From positions 47,391-111,390 of the forward strand of contig JBGAQA010000007.1 in NCBI GenBank assembly GCA_044220955.1: 64,000 bases of DNA, given 5' to 3'. The position numbers and the translations under genes are program-made. This DNA comes from Sandaracinaceae bacterium. GTDB lineage: Bacteria; Myxococcota_A; Polyangia; Polyangiales; Sandaracinaceae. Position 1 is the stretch's first letter, and the number at the start of each line of letters is the position of its first letter. A model generated the notes under the pieces. The model had not been told where the DNA came from and ran no database searches. It saw nothing but the letters and a program-made list of their open reading frames with translations. Shown piece by piece: positions 55,089 to 64,000 of this stretch.

Positions 55089-55715
55089 ATGCGTCACGGG
55101 AGGCTCGTCCTGATCGCGTTGCTGATTGGGTGTGGCGGTGCAGGGGCAGAGGCGCCCCGAGCCCGGGTTCCCGGACCCGACGAAGGCGCACCGGTCGGCG
55201 GGAACGGAAACCACGTCGTGAGCGCCGACGAGACCGGCGACGACGCGGACACCGACGCGGGCACGGGCGCCGCCCTCGTCTCGGCCGACGAGATCCTCGT
55301 CGCTGGTCACGGCTTCATGCCGCAGACGATCGTGCGCACCGGCACGGCAGGGGCCACCGACTCGAGCACGGCCCGAGACGGATCGTCGTTCGATCCTTCC
55401 TGCATCGGCACGTTCCCACCTTCACCTCAGCACGTCGTGAAGCTCGGCGGCAGGCTCGACGTGCTGCGCGTCCTGGTGGACACGCCGAGCAGCGATCTCA
55501 CCCTGGCCATACGCACCTCCGATGGCGTCTGGCACTGCAACGACGACTCTGGCGATCCCCAGAACGGGCTCAACCCTACCGTCGAGCTCTACGCGCCGCC
55601 CGTCGGGCAGATCGAGATCTGGGTCGGCACCTACAGCTCGTACTACTCCGGAGCGCAGTACACGCTGGGCGTCACCGAGCAGTACGGCTACGCGTCCGAC
55701 TTCTTGAGGCACTGA
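55089..55715 (+). CDS. Lipoprotein with PPC-like beta-sandwich domain
   Basis: LIGC lipobox; DLTL...WHCNDD...LNP...IWVGTY. Confidence 0.7.
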   Translation: MRHGRLVLIALLIGCGGAGAEAPRARVPGPDEGAPVGGNGNHVVSADETGDDADTDAGTGAALVSADEILVAGHGFMPQTIVRTGTAGATDSSTARDGSSFDPSCIGTFPPSPQHVVKLGGRLDVLRVLVDTPSSDLTLAIRTSDGVWHCNDDSGDPQNGLNPTVELYAPPVGQIEIWVGTYSSYYSGAQYTLGVTEQYGYASDFLRH

Positions 55716-55736
55716 TCGGCACGCGGTCGGGCCGAG

Positions 55737-56894
55737 CTACCACCCGGTGACCCCGCGGAGCGCGGCGACGAGGCGAGCGGCCATGTGCATCTGCGTGGCC
55801 GCGCTCGGGTGGTAGTCGCAGCCGTAGCCGTCGGCAGGCGCCTGCTCGTCGAAGTCCACGATCGAGACGGCCGCGTCGCCGCGCGAGGTGGCCCGCGCGA
55901 CCACCATGGCCAGGTAGTCGCGGTGCTGCGCGTGCTCGAGGCCGCCGAGCATCGGGCTGGTCGCGAGCAGGATGGGCGTCCCGGGGTAGTGGCCGCGGAG
56001 CGCGACGACGAAGGCGTCGTACGCATCGACGAACGCGGTACCGGGATCGCCCATCGCGAAGTCGTTCGTTCCGAGCGTCACGACGACCGCGTCCGGCGTG
56101 TACGCGAAGTCCCATGGGTCGCCGGTGAACTCGGCGAAGCGGCGCTCGAAGAGCTCGGGCAGGAGCGGATCGGCCGTGCCGCCGTAGTTCCGGTACACGC
56201 CGCGCCCCGAGTACGCGATCGCCGCGTGCCCGACGCCGAGCAGCTGGGTCGCCAGCGCGCCGTAAGCGTCGGGCTCGCTCTCGGTGTCGGCGCTGAAGCT
56301 GCAGGTCGCGTTCGGGCCGAGCACGCCGTAGCCGCACGTGATCGAGTCGCCGATGATCTCGACGAAGTGAGGGTAGGGGGCCGGCGAGGGCACGAGCGTC
56401 GCGCCGGGGAATCCGAGGAACTGCGTGCGGCCGTAGAACGACTCGGTTCGGCGCACCACCCGCACCACGTGCTCTGCGTCCGGCAGGCCGCTCGCGATCG
56501 GATACGTCGTCGGGCCGCCGACCATGTCGAGCACCGGCTGACGGACGCCGTCGACCCACGCGTCGAAGTAGTCCTCACCGCCGTCGTCGAGACGTACCGA
56601 GATGGACGTCCCCCGGAAGCGCGCGACGATCTCGGAGCCCGGCCAGGCGAGCCAGGGCGTGTCCGCGCCGGGGGAGAAGTCGAAGCGGCCGACGAAGTGG
56701 ATGTTGGCGAGCGGCAGCCCGGCGTCGGAGCGGACGCCGCCGTCGTCGCCCGCGTGACCCGCGTCATCCACGGGTCCCCCGTCCTGACGTGCGCCCGCGT
56801 CGCCGGGGAGCGTGTCCGCGTCGAGGGCAGGCGGCGCGTTGCCGCTGCAGCCGCCGACGAGCAGGACGAGGGTCGCGAGCAGGCACGTGCGCAT
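55737..56894 (-). CDS. SGNH/GDSL acetylesterase, CE2-like, lipoprotein
   Basis: VGGC lipobox; WPGS, RRTE, IGDSITCGYG, LGTND, DYHPS. Confidence 0.88.
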   Translation of the reverse strand: MRTCLLATLVLLVGGCSGNAPPALDADTLPGDAGARQDGGPVDDAGHAGDDGGVRSDAGLPLANIHFVGRFDFSPGADTPWLAWPGSEIVARFRGTSISVRLDDGGEDYFDAWVDGVRQPVLDMVGGPTTYPIASGLPDAEHVVRVVRRTESFYGRTQFLGFPGATLVPSPAPYPHFVEIIGDSITCGYGVLGPNATCSFSADTESEPDAYGALATQLLGVGHAAIAYSGRGVYRNYGGTADPLLPELFERRFAEFTGDPWDFAYTPDAVVVTLGTNDFAMGDPGTAFVDAYDAFVVALRGHYPGTPILLATSPMLGGLEHAQHRDYLAMVVARATSRGDAAVSIVDFDEQAPADGYGCDYHPSAATQMHMAARLVAALRGVTGW

Positions 56895-56909
56895 CGCGCG
56901 AGTCTGCCA

Positions 56910-58442
56910 TCAATGCGCGCGCGTCGGGTCGCGAGCGATCTCGAGGACGAAGGGTCCGGTGGCGGCGGAGTAAGGACGCACGTCGACGTCGTAGCGACCC
57001 GGCCCGAGCGTCGCCTCGATGCGCGAGTCGAAGCCCGGGCCGGAGTCGTCGTCCTCCACGATCATCGCGCCCTCGCGCCGCACCTCGAGGTAGACGTCGA
57101 GCCCCGAGCGCGTCGAGAGGACCAGCGGCGTCGGCGCGTCGAGCTCGAGCGCGAAGCGCACGCGCGGACAGAGCAGCGAGAGCTCCGAGGAGGTCTCGCT
57201 CCCGACGGGGAGGCCTCGCCGCGGCTCGCAGTCTCGCCGCGGCGGCGCGATGCCGCAGACGTCGGCGATCGGCAGCAGCAGCGCGAGCCCGAGCGCGAGA
57301 GGCGCCGCCCAGCGCGGGGGCTCGCGGATCGCGTCGTCGGCCTGCGGCGGTGGTGGCACGTGCTCGGGACTCCCGGTCAGCTTGCGCATCAGCCACTCGA
57401 CCGGCCCGCGCGCGAAGCGCCGGCGGTAGAGCGCGGCGAGCGGGATCACCAGCACGACGAACGCCGCCCAGTAGGCGAGCATCTGCTCGATCGAGAGCGC
57501 GTCGGCCCAGCCGAGGAAGTACCGCGGGACGCCGATCGCCAGGTGCGCATGGACGAGATAGATCGTCAGCGAGAGCTGCCCCGCGTCCCCGAGGGTCCGG
57601 ACGAGCAGGTGTCGCGGGGAGCGGGCGACGAGCTCGTGCGCGAGCGCCACGATCGCGGTCGCCGTCGCCGAGGCCGACAGGACGTAGAGCGGCCCGGGCG
57701 ACCAGTCCGTGTGCACGAGCGTGAACAGCGTCCCGGTGCGCTCGCTGCGGATGGTGAGCGCGGACAGGGCGAGGCTCACCGCCTCCGTCGTGACGAAGAC
57801 CGCGAGCGCGCGGGACAGCACGCGGCGGCGTAGCCCGCGAGCCCGGAGGTCGAGCTGGCCGAGCCACATCCCGAAGAGCAGGAACGCGAGCCAGGGGACG
57901 ACGGGGTGGATGCCGTCGATCAGCGCGTCGCGGAGCACGCCGAGGACCGAGTAGCGATCGACCTCGGCTCGCTGGTCCTCGGGCAAGAGGAACGCGAGCA
58001 CGCCTCCGAGCACGCCGAGCGAGACGGCCGAGCCGACGAGCGCGCGGGGCGAGGCCCGAAGGAAGAAGATCGCCGCGATCGCGAGGTAGCACGCGTAGAA
58101 GTGCAGGATGTCGATCCACCAGCCGAGCGCGAGGTTGATCGCACCCAGCGCTACCAGCATCGCCGCCCGAAGCAGCAGCGTCCTGCGCGCGCGCGCGACG
58201 TCTCCGTACGCCATCCGTGCGATGCCGACCCCTGCCAGCGTCACGAAGAGCGACGACGCGCGACCGCCAGGCACGTGCGCGAGCCAGCGCAGCAGGATCT
58301 CGCCCGGGGTGCCGCGCGGCGGACCGAGCAGGTACACGCCGAAGTTGATCAGCACCATCCCGCAGATGGCGACGGCGCGCGCCACGTCGTAGCCAGCCAC
58401 GCGCTCGTGGCCGCGGACCTCGCTCTGCACCTCGGCGCTCAC
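56910..58442 (-). CDS. DUF418/DUF1624-like membrane protein with C-terminal PPC-like domain
   Basis: DVARAVAICGM, LFVTLAG, DILHFY, PWLAF, GQLSLTIYLVH, RGPVEW; then EDDDSGPGFDSRI...GRYDVDV. Confidence 0.78.
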   Translation of the reverse strand: MSAEVQSEVRGHERVAGYDVARAVAICGMVLINFGVYLLGPPRGTPGEILLRWLAHVPGGRASSLFVTLAGVGIARMAYGDVARARRTLLLRAAMLVALGAINLALGWWIDILHFYACYLAIAAIFFLRASPRALVGSAVSLGVLGGVLAFLLPEDQRAEVDRYSVLGVLRDALIDGIHPVVPWLAFLLFGMWLGQLDLRARGLRRRVLSRALAVFVTTEAVSLALSALTIRSERTGTLFTLVHTDWSPGPLYVLSASATATAIVALAHELVARSPRHLLVRTLGDAGQLSLTIYLVHAHLAIGVPRYFLGWADALSIEQMLAYWAAFVVLVIPLAALYRRRFARGPVEWLMRKLTGSPEHVPPPPQADDAIREPPRWAAPLALGLALLLPIADVCGIAPPRRDCEPRRGLPVGSETSSELSLLCPRVRFALELDAPTPLVLSTRSGLDVYLEVRREGAMIVEDDDSGPGFDSRIEATLGPGRYDVDVRPYSAATGPFVLEIARDPTRAH

Positions 58443-58483
58443 TCTCGGGCCCGGCAGTATGCACTCGTGCTACGCCATGGTGC

Positions 58484-58924
58484 ATGCCCGTGCTCTTGTT
58501 CCGACACGGCGAGGCCGTGGGCTCTCAGGGCGACGACGCCCACCGTTACCTCACTTTCAAGGGCCGCGCCGACACGCGGAAGGTCGGTCTGGCTCTCAAG
58601 GAGCGCGGCATCGTCGCGAGCCAGATCGTCTCGAGCCCGCTGGTGCGCGCGGTCCAGACGGCGGAGATCCTCGCCCATGCGCTCGGCTTCGACGGCACGA
58701 TCACGACCGACGGGGCCTACGTCCCCGACGGCGACCCGACGCTCGCCGCCAAGCGGATCCCGATCAGCACGGGCGTGACGATCCTGGTCTGTCACGAGCC
58801 GATCGTGCGCGGCATCGCGTCGTGCCTCACGGGGCAGCAGGGCTACCCCAGCTTCCGCACGAGCGGATGCGCCCTGGTCGAGGGCACGCGCGTGACCCTC
58901 GCGCTGAGCCCCGAGAACGCATGA
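58484..58924 (+). CDS. SixA-like histidine phosphatase
   Basis: RHGEA, SSPLVRAVQTA, CHEP. Confidence 0.88.
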   Translation: MPVLLFRHGEAVGSQGDDAHRYLTFKGRADTRKVGLALKERGIVASQIVSSPLVRAVQTAEILAHALGFDGTITTDGAYVPDGDPTLAAKRIPISTGVTILVCHEPIVRGIASCLTGQQGYPSFRTSGCALVEGTRVTLALSPENA

Positions 58925-60048
58925 TCGACCACGCCCGAGCCCTGCGAGCTCTCACCCTCACCGCGGCTCTGTCGCTCTGCCTCGTCGGCTCGGGTGCCAG
59001 CGTGCGCGCCCAGGAGACGGGCGGCTCGTTCGAGTCGAGCGACTGGGGCTCGGGCTCCGCGTCCGGCACGAGCGACTGGGGCTCGGGGTCGAGCTCCGGC
59101 GGCGACTGGGGCACGGGGTCGAGCTCGGGCAGCGACTGGGGCTCGTCGAGCCCCTCGCCGTATCCGAGGACCGACTACGACACCTCGCCCACGAGGAGCT
59201 ACGCGTCCCCGTCGACCTCCGACGGCGCCGTGCTCTCGCTCCTGCTCGTGGTGCTCGTCTTCCTCGTCGTGCCGATCCTGCTCGTCGCTCTGCGGGACGC
59301 GCGAGGCGGCGGGAGCTTCGGCGCGAGCGCGGCGTACGTGCCTGGACGTGTCTACGTCATGGGACCGCGACCGGCGGCGGTCGCGGGCCTCGTCGACGTC
59401 TCGATGCTCCAGCTCGCGATCGACTGGCGTGCGCGACGCTTCGTCCAGGCCGAGCTCGCGAAGCTCGCGACCTCCGGCGACACCACCACGCCGGAAGGCC
59501 GCGCGCGACTGCTCGCGGCGACGGGCCAGGCGCTGGCCTCCGTGAAGCTCGCGTGGCTCTACGCCGGCGCTCGCAACTTCAGCCCGATGCCGATCGAGCG
59601 CGCCCAGCGCGAGTTCACGCAGATCGCGAACGACGTCCGCGCCACGTTCCGCCAGGAGATCGTGCGCGCCGCTGCCGGTCGCGTCGTCACGGTCGAGGCG
59701 GTCGGCGTCCGCGCGCGCGAGCACGAGGGACCCGGGGTCGTGCTCGTCTCGGTCGTCGTGGCCGCGCGCCGCGAGATCTTCGACGTCGACGCGACGCGCT
59801 CGGCGTCGATCGACGCGCTCCTCGCCTCGCTCTCGCGCTTGCGTGCGGACGCGATCGTGGCTGTCAGCGTCGTCTGGACGCCGGCGGCGGAGCAAGACCG
59901 CATGAGCACCGACGAGCTCGTACAGCGCCATCCCAGCCTCGTCCGGATCGGTGACATCGGTGGTCGAGTCTTCTGTAGCTACTGCGGCGGACCGCACGCC
60001 GAGGAGGTGCGGACCTGCCCGCACTGCGGCGCGCCGGCGCCGAGCTGA
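58921..60048 (+). CDS. DUF1517-like membrane protein with C-terminal zinc ribbon
   Basis: Signal peptide, GGSF low-complexity region, TM, LQL...VQAEL..LA..GDTTT.EG, VVWTP...D.M..DEL; CxxC...CxxC tail. Confidence 0.75.
   Translation: MIDHARALRALTLTAALSLCLVGSGASVRAQETGGSFESSDWGSGSASGTSDWGSGSSSGGDWGTGSSSGSDWGSSSPSPYPRTDYDTSPTRSYASPSTSDGAVLSLLLVVLVFLVVPILLVALRDARGGGSFGASAAYVPGRVYVMGPRPAAVAGLVDVSMLQLAIDWRARRFVQAELAKLATSGDTTTPEGRARLLAATGQALASVKLAWLYAGARNFSPMPIERAQREFTQIANDVRATFRQEIVRAAAGRVVTVEAVGVRAREHEGPGVVLVSVVVAARREIFDVDATRSASIDALLASLSRLRADAIVAVSVVWTPAAEQDRMSTDELVQRHPSLVRIGDIGGRVFCSYCGGPHAEEVRTCPHCGAPAPS
59038..59151 (+). repeat. Four imperfect ~30-bp in-frame repeats encoding (S/G)DWG(S/T)GSSSG
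   Basis: GACTGGGGC recurs at 59041, 59074, 59104 and 59134. Confidence 0.85.
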
Positions 60049-60066
60049 GGCTCTCCCCCTCGAGGA

Positions 60067-60837
60067 TCAATCGAGGTCGCTGAAGATGCGCTCCCAGCGG
60101 ATGAAGTCGTCGCTCGACCAGTAGATCGCCTCGGCGCGGCCCTTCACGCGGCTGATCGGGATCATGCCGACGCGCGGGTTGCGGCTGTCGTTGCTGCGGT
60201 CGCGGTGGTCGCCGAGGACGAAGATGTGGCCAGGCGGCACCGTCTGCTCGGGCATCGACTCCGGCGGCGAGAGGAGCGAGTGGCTCGTGCGCCACGTGCG
60301 GCCGTCGATGCCCTCCTCGACCCACTCGCAGTCGGTCGGGTCCTCGCTGCTCGCGTCTTCGTGGCAGGGGCCGAGCACCTGGACGCGGATGGACTCGCCG
60401 TTCCGGTAGACGACGTCGTCGCGGATCTCGATCCGGTCGCCGGGCACGCCGATGACGCGCTTCACGATGTCGACGCCGTCCGCGGGGCTCTTGACGATGA
60501 CGACGTCGCCCGCGTCGGGCATGCCCCAGCTCACCACCGCGTCGTCCGTGAACGGGAGGAAGAGGCCGAAGGGGAACTTCGAGACGACGACCCGGTCGCC
60601 GTTCAGGAGCGTCGGCTCCATCGAGGGGCCGTCGATCTCGAACGCCTCGAAGAGCACGATGCGGATGAAGAAGGCGAGCAGGAACGCGCCCGCGATCGTG
60701 CGCGCGGTGGACGCGATACGGCCTTCCTCCGGCGGCTGCGGCTTGGCCTTGGTGGCCGTCTTGCTCGGGCTGGGCGTCGTGGCGGCGGGCGCCTTCTCGG
60801 CGCTCGGGGTCTCGGGCGTCTCGGGCGTCTCGCTCAT
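60067..60837 (-). CDS. lepB: Signal peptidase I
   Basis: SMEPTL, VKRVIG.PGD, GDHRDRSNDSR. Confidence 0.95.
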   Translation of the reverse strand: MSETPETPETPSAEKAPAATTPSPSKTATKAKPQPPEEGRIASTARTIAGAFLLAFFIRIVLFEAFEIDGPSMEPTLLNGDRVVVSKFPFGLFLPFTDDAVVSWGMPDAGDVVIVKSPADGVDIVKRVIGVPGDRIEIRDDVVYRNGESIRVQVLGPCHEDASSEDPTDCEWVEEGIDGRTWRTSHSLLSPPESMPEQTVPPGHIFVLGDHRDRSNDSRNPRVGMIPISRVKGRAEAIYWSSDDFIRWERIFSDLD

Positions 60838-61418
60838 CCGTGCACCGTCGGACCGAGCGGAAGGTGCTGAGCGATCCCGGCCTCGCGCGCGGCGAGCGTG
60901 GCCAGTCGCGCGCGCGTCTCGGCCTGACCGAAGCGCTCCTCGGCAGCGCTGGTGAAGAGCCGGTAGTGTCGCGCCTCGCTCGCCATCAGGTCGGCGTAGA
61001 ACGCGCGCAGGGACGCGTCGCCGAGCTTCTCCGAGAGCAGCTTGAAGCGCTCGCAGCTGCGCGCTTCGACGAGCGCCGACACGAGCAACCGGTCGAGCAG
61101 GGGCGGGTGGCCGCCCCGGTCCTCGTTGGCCGCTCGGCGGAGCATCACGACGTAGTCGTCCTGGTCGGGCAGGGACATCGTGCGCCCGCGCGCCCGCAGC
61201 CGGGCGTGGACCATCCCGACGTGCTCGGCCTCTTCGGCCGCGAGCGCCAGCAGTGGCGCGACCAGGTCGGGGTGCTCTCCGCCGAAGCGCGCCGCCATCG
61301 AGAGGGCGGACTGCGCGGCCTTGAGCTCGCAGTGCGCGTGGTCTTGGAGGAGGCGATCGAGATCGCGTTCGACGGCTTCGACCCAGGTCGGCAGCGTCGG
61401 CGTCAGCAGGCCGAGCAT
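60834..61418 (-). CDS. miaE: tRNA ms2i6A37 hydroxylase MiaE-like ferritin-fold protein
   Basis: DHAHCELKAA, EEAEH, EARSCERF, SEARH. Confidence 0.9.
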   Translation of the reverse strand: MLGLLTPTLPTWVEAVERDLDRLLQDHAHCELKAAQSALSMAARFGGEHPDLVAPLLALAAEEAEHVGMVHARLRARGRTMSLPDQDDYVVMLRRAANEDRGGHPPLLDRLLVSALVEARSCERFKLLSEKLGDASLRAFYADLMASEARHYRLFTSAAEERFGQAETRARLATLAAREAGIAQHLPLGPTVHG

Positions 61419-61525
61419 GAAAGGTGGGGGAAACTAGGCGCCATATCGAGCAGGGTCAAGGTACGCTGCCGCCCGGAGTGGCGATCATGACCCGGCGCCG
61501 TCGCGAGCTAAGGTTGGCCTAGCCG

Positions 61526-64000
61526 ATGGAGGCATCGACCGAGGAGCTGGAAGCGGAGGCCAAGCGCCTCATCGCCGAGCGACGCTACGACGAGGCGGTG
61601 CGCGCGTCGCGTCGGGCGCTGCTCGTGGCGCCCGAGAACGTCCCGCTCCGCGTGCTGCTGGGCGAGGCGCTCCTGGCCCAGGAGAAGTACGACGAGACGC
61701 GCGTCGAGATGCTCGCGCTCACGCGCCGCCATCCGCAGGAGGCGAGCGCCCACCGCATCCTCGGCGAGGCGTATCTCCGCGTCGGCCACATGGACAAGGC
61801 CCGCGAGTCCCTCGAGCAGGCCAGCGTGCGGGGCGACGTCGCGGCGGCGGATCTCCTGCGCGAGGCCGAGGGGGAAGCTTTCGTCGAGTCGAGCACGATC
61901 GAGCGCTGGTTCGGGGGCGACGAGCCCAAGACCATCGAGACGGGTCTGCCGCCCATCGAGGAGGAGGCGACCCCGCCACCTCGCCGAGCACCGACGGGGC
62001 CGGCCGAGCCTTCGATCCAGATCGATCCGGCGTTCGCGCAGGAGGCGGCGCCGTTCGCGAAGCTCGACGACCCGGGCGGCGACACGCTGCCCGGTAGCTC
62101 CGACATGACCCAGCCGATGCCGCGGATGCCGGGGTTGGTCGTCGCGCCGCCCGAGGGGCTCAAGGCGCTGCTCGCGAAGGCGCGTCCGAGCGAGGTGCCG
62201 GCGGGACCGAAGAAGGCGTTCGTCGTGCCCCCGCCCGCGCGCGTGGGCGAGCCGCCCCCGAGGAGCGGTCTTGCCCCGAAGACGGCCTCGCCCACATCGA
62301 GCGGGGAGAGCGTCACGCACGTCGCGCGCCCCGGCGTGATCGCCAAGCCGCCAGCGGCGAGTTGGCAGAAGAGCGCGCCACCTTCGGCGGGTCCGCCCTC
62401 CGGTCTGAAGCGCTCGACGCTCCAGGGCGCACCCTCGCCGCTGCCGAAGACTCCCTTGGCCGGGCCGCCTCCGTCCCGCTCGAGCTCCGCGTTCGCTACG
62501 CCCTCGAGCGTCGATCCCATCAAGAGCGCTGCGGCCGCCAGCGCGTTCGGGTCCAGCACGCGCAAGCGGCCGACGCTCCAGGGCGCGCCGAGCCCCCTCG
62601 CCGCGCCGCCGCCCTCGGGCAAGCTCGCGCCCGGTCACGTCGACGATCCAGGCGACCGCGCCCGTACGAACGAGCTGCGCGTCGACCTCGAGACCACGGA
62701 TCGCGAGCGCGCGCTGCCCAAGCTCGACGACGACGACGAGGGCATGACGGAGCTCATGGGGCGCGCGCAGCGCGCGGCCGCGATCGAGGGCGTCGCGCAG
62801 GGGGCGCCGCGTCCGCACGCGCCGCCTCCCCACGCGCCGCGTCCGCACGCGCCGCCTCCCCACGCGCCGCCTCCCCACGCTGCTCCGGCGCATCCGCCGG
62901 CGCCGTCGTATGCCGCGCCGCGCGCGAAGAAGCCGACCCTCATGGGCGTGCCTCCGCCCGCGATCCCCGCGCCCGCGCCCGCAGTCGCCCGCCCGATGGC
63001 CCCGAGCGCCGCGCCACCCCCGCCGCGATCGGCTCCGGCGACGCTGCGGCCCGCCGCCCCAGCGGTCCTGCCCCAGACCCAGCCCGAGATCTCGGCGCCC
63101 GCGGCGTCGCACCACGGGCATGCCGCGCCGCCCCCGCCGCGGCCCAGCGCGCTGCCGCGGCCGACACCGCCGCCGCCCCATCCGCCCCCGGTCCCTCACG
63201 CGTCGCACGCGCCGCCGGCGTCCGCGCCGATCGTCCGTCCCGTCGCGCCCGGACAGACGGGCGCGCTGACGCGCCGCATGGACGAGCTCCCGACCGACCC
63301 GCGCAAGCACGCGCGCAGCCGCGCCGGCGAGACGACGGCGTCGAGGCGGATCGGTGGCGGTCAGATGTGGGCGGTCGTCGGCGCCGTCGCCGTCCTCGTC
63401 GTCGTCCTCGTGATCGGCGGCATCATCGTCGTCCGGCGGCAGAACGCGCGCGCGCTCGCCGAGGGCGTCGAGCGTGCGAGTGACGAGGGGCGCCGCGCCG
63501 ACCTCGCGGACGTCCTCGTGCGGCTCGAGGGTGAGGACGCACCCGACGCGATCGCCCTGCGCGCGCGCCTGCTCGCCACGCGCGCGGTGGAGCTGGGAAT
63601 CGGTGACACTGCCGATGCGGAGATGGAGCTGGTCGCGCTCGACACCGCCGGAGGCGCGCTGCTCGACGCACGGATCGCGCGCGCGCTCGTCGTGCTCGCG
63701 CGCGGCCAGGCGGACCAGGCGGCGACCCTTCTCTCCGGTGTCGAGGGGAGCGGGGTCACGCTCGCAGAGGCGCTGCACGTTCAGGCGCTCTCGCTCGAGG
63801 CGCTCGGCCAGCTGTCGGACGCGCGGACGGCCGCGATGCAGGCCGCCACCCTCAGGCCGACGGGTGGGCGGCACGCGGCGCTCGTGGCGCGGCTCGATCT
63901 CGCCCTCGGTGACACCCAGGCGGCGGTCGCGGCGCTCGCCATCCCGGGCGCCGACGGCTCGCCGCTGGTCCACCTCGTGCGTGGTCGGATCGCGCTCGGC
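61526..64000 (+). CDS. Large TPR / Pro-rich / single-TM / TPR protein (3'-partial, absent from the ORF track)
   Basis: Manual translation from ATG 61526: MEASTEELEAEAKRLIAERRYDEAV...HRILGEAYLRVG; in-frame TM MWAVVGAVAVLVVVLVIGGIIVV at 63365; no stop noticed before the window end. Confidence 0.8.
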   Translation, partial: MEASTEELEAEAKRLIAERRYDEAVRASRRALLVAPENVPLRVLLGEALLAQEKYDETRVEMLALTRRHPQEASAHRILGEAYLRVGHMDKARESLEQASVRGDVAAADLLREAEGEAFVESSTIERWFGGDEPKTIETGLPPIEEEATPPPRRAPTGPAEPSIQIDPAFAQEAAPFAKLDDPGGDTLPGSSDMTQPMPRMPGLVVAPPEGLKALLAKARPSEVPAGPKKAFVVPPPARVGEPPPRSGLAPKTASPTSSGESVTHVARPGVIAKPPAASWQKSAPPSAGPPSGLKRSTLQGAPSPLPKTPLAGPPPSRSSSAFATPSSVDPIKSAAAASAFGSSTRKRPTLQGAPSPLAAPPPSGKLAPGHVDDPGDRARTNELRVDLETTDRERALPKLDDDDEGMTELMGRAQRAAAIEGVAQGAPRPHAPPPHAPRPHAPPPHAPPPHAAPAHPPAPSYAAPRAKKPTLMGVPPPAIPAPAPAVARPMAPSAAPPPPRSAPATLRPAAPAVLPQTQPEISAPAASHHGHAAPPPPRPSALPRPTPPPPHPPPVPHASHAPPASAPIVRPVAPGQTGALTRRMDELPTDPRKHARSRAGETTASRRIGGGQMWAVVGAVAVLVVVLVIGGIIVVRRQNARALAEGVERASDEGRRADLADVLVRLEGEDAPDAIALRARLLATRAVELGIGDTADAEMELVALDTAGGALLDARIARALVVLARGQADQAATLLSGVEGSGVTLAEALHVQALSLEALGQLSDARTAAMQAATLRPTGGRHAALVARLDLALGDTQAAVAALAIPGADGSPLVHLVRGRIALG
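62805..62881 (+). repeat. 15-bp in-frame tandem repeats encoding AP(R/P)PH
   Basis: About five copies of GCGCCGC(G/C)TCC(G/C)CAC. Confidence 0.85.

Noticed and set aside
59038..59151. ~30-bp periodic repeats as a CRISPR array
   Set aside because: In-frame coding repeats with no unique spacers, and no cas genes in the window

Overview
Very GC-rich bacterial chromosome segment, most consistent with a myxobacterium (Myxococcota, probably Polyangia). This rests on a MYXO-CTERM-type C-terminus, many lipoproteins and the general gene style; the taxonomy is an inference until the 16S is classified. It is mostly core and housekeeping DNA: about 53 CDS, including atpD-atpC, pstSCAB, coaE, dtd, astA, a DinG-like helicase, RlmN-like and ThiO-like genes, ric, lepB and miaE. 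There is one complete rRNA operon (16S, tRNA-Ile, tRNA-Ala, 23S, 5S) with tandem sigma70-like promoters and an intrinsic terminator. I saw no CRISPR array, transposase or prophage. The most unusual elements are: (1) a 1546-aa four-domain fusion of an AstD-like aldehyde dehydrogenase, a class-III aminotransferase lacking its PLP lysine, a GNAT and a second degenerate aminotransferase, separated from astA by the rRNA operon; (2) an ATPase-less Lon-like protease fused to helical repeats, in a run with ferredoxin, TerB and a dCMP deaminase; (3) a cluster of GT-C-like and DUF2723 (TMEM260-like) membrane glycosyltransferases; (4) a C2 plus PDZ lipoprotein; (5) Pho-box-like 11-bp repeats placing a DUF2490 barrel in the phosphate regulon; (6) a recurring -10-like hexamer 6-9 nt upstream of start codons, suggesting widespread leaderless mRNAs. 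All family calls come from motif recognition by eye, not from database searches.
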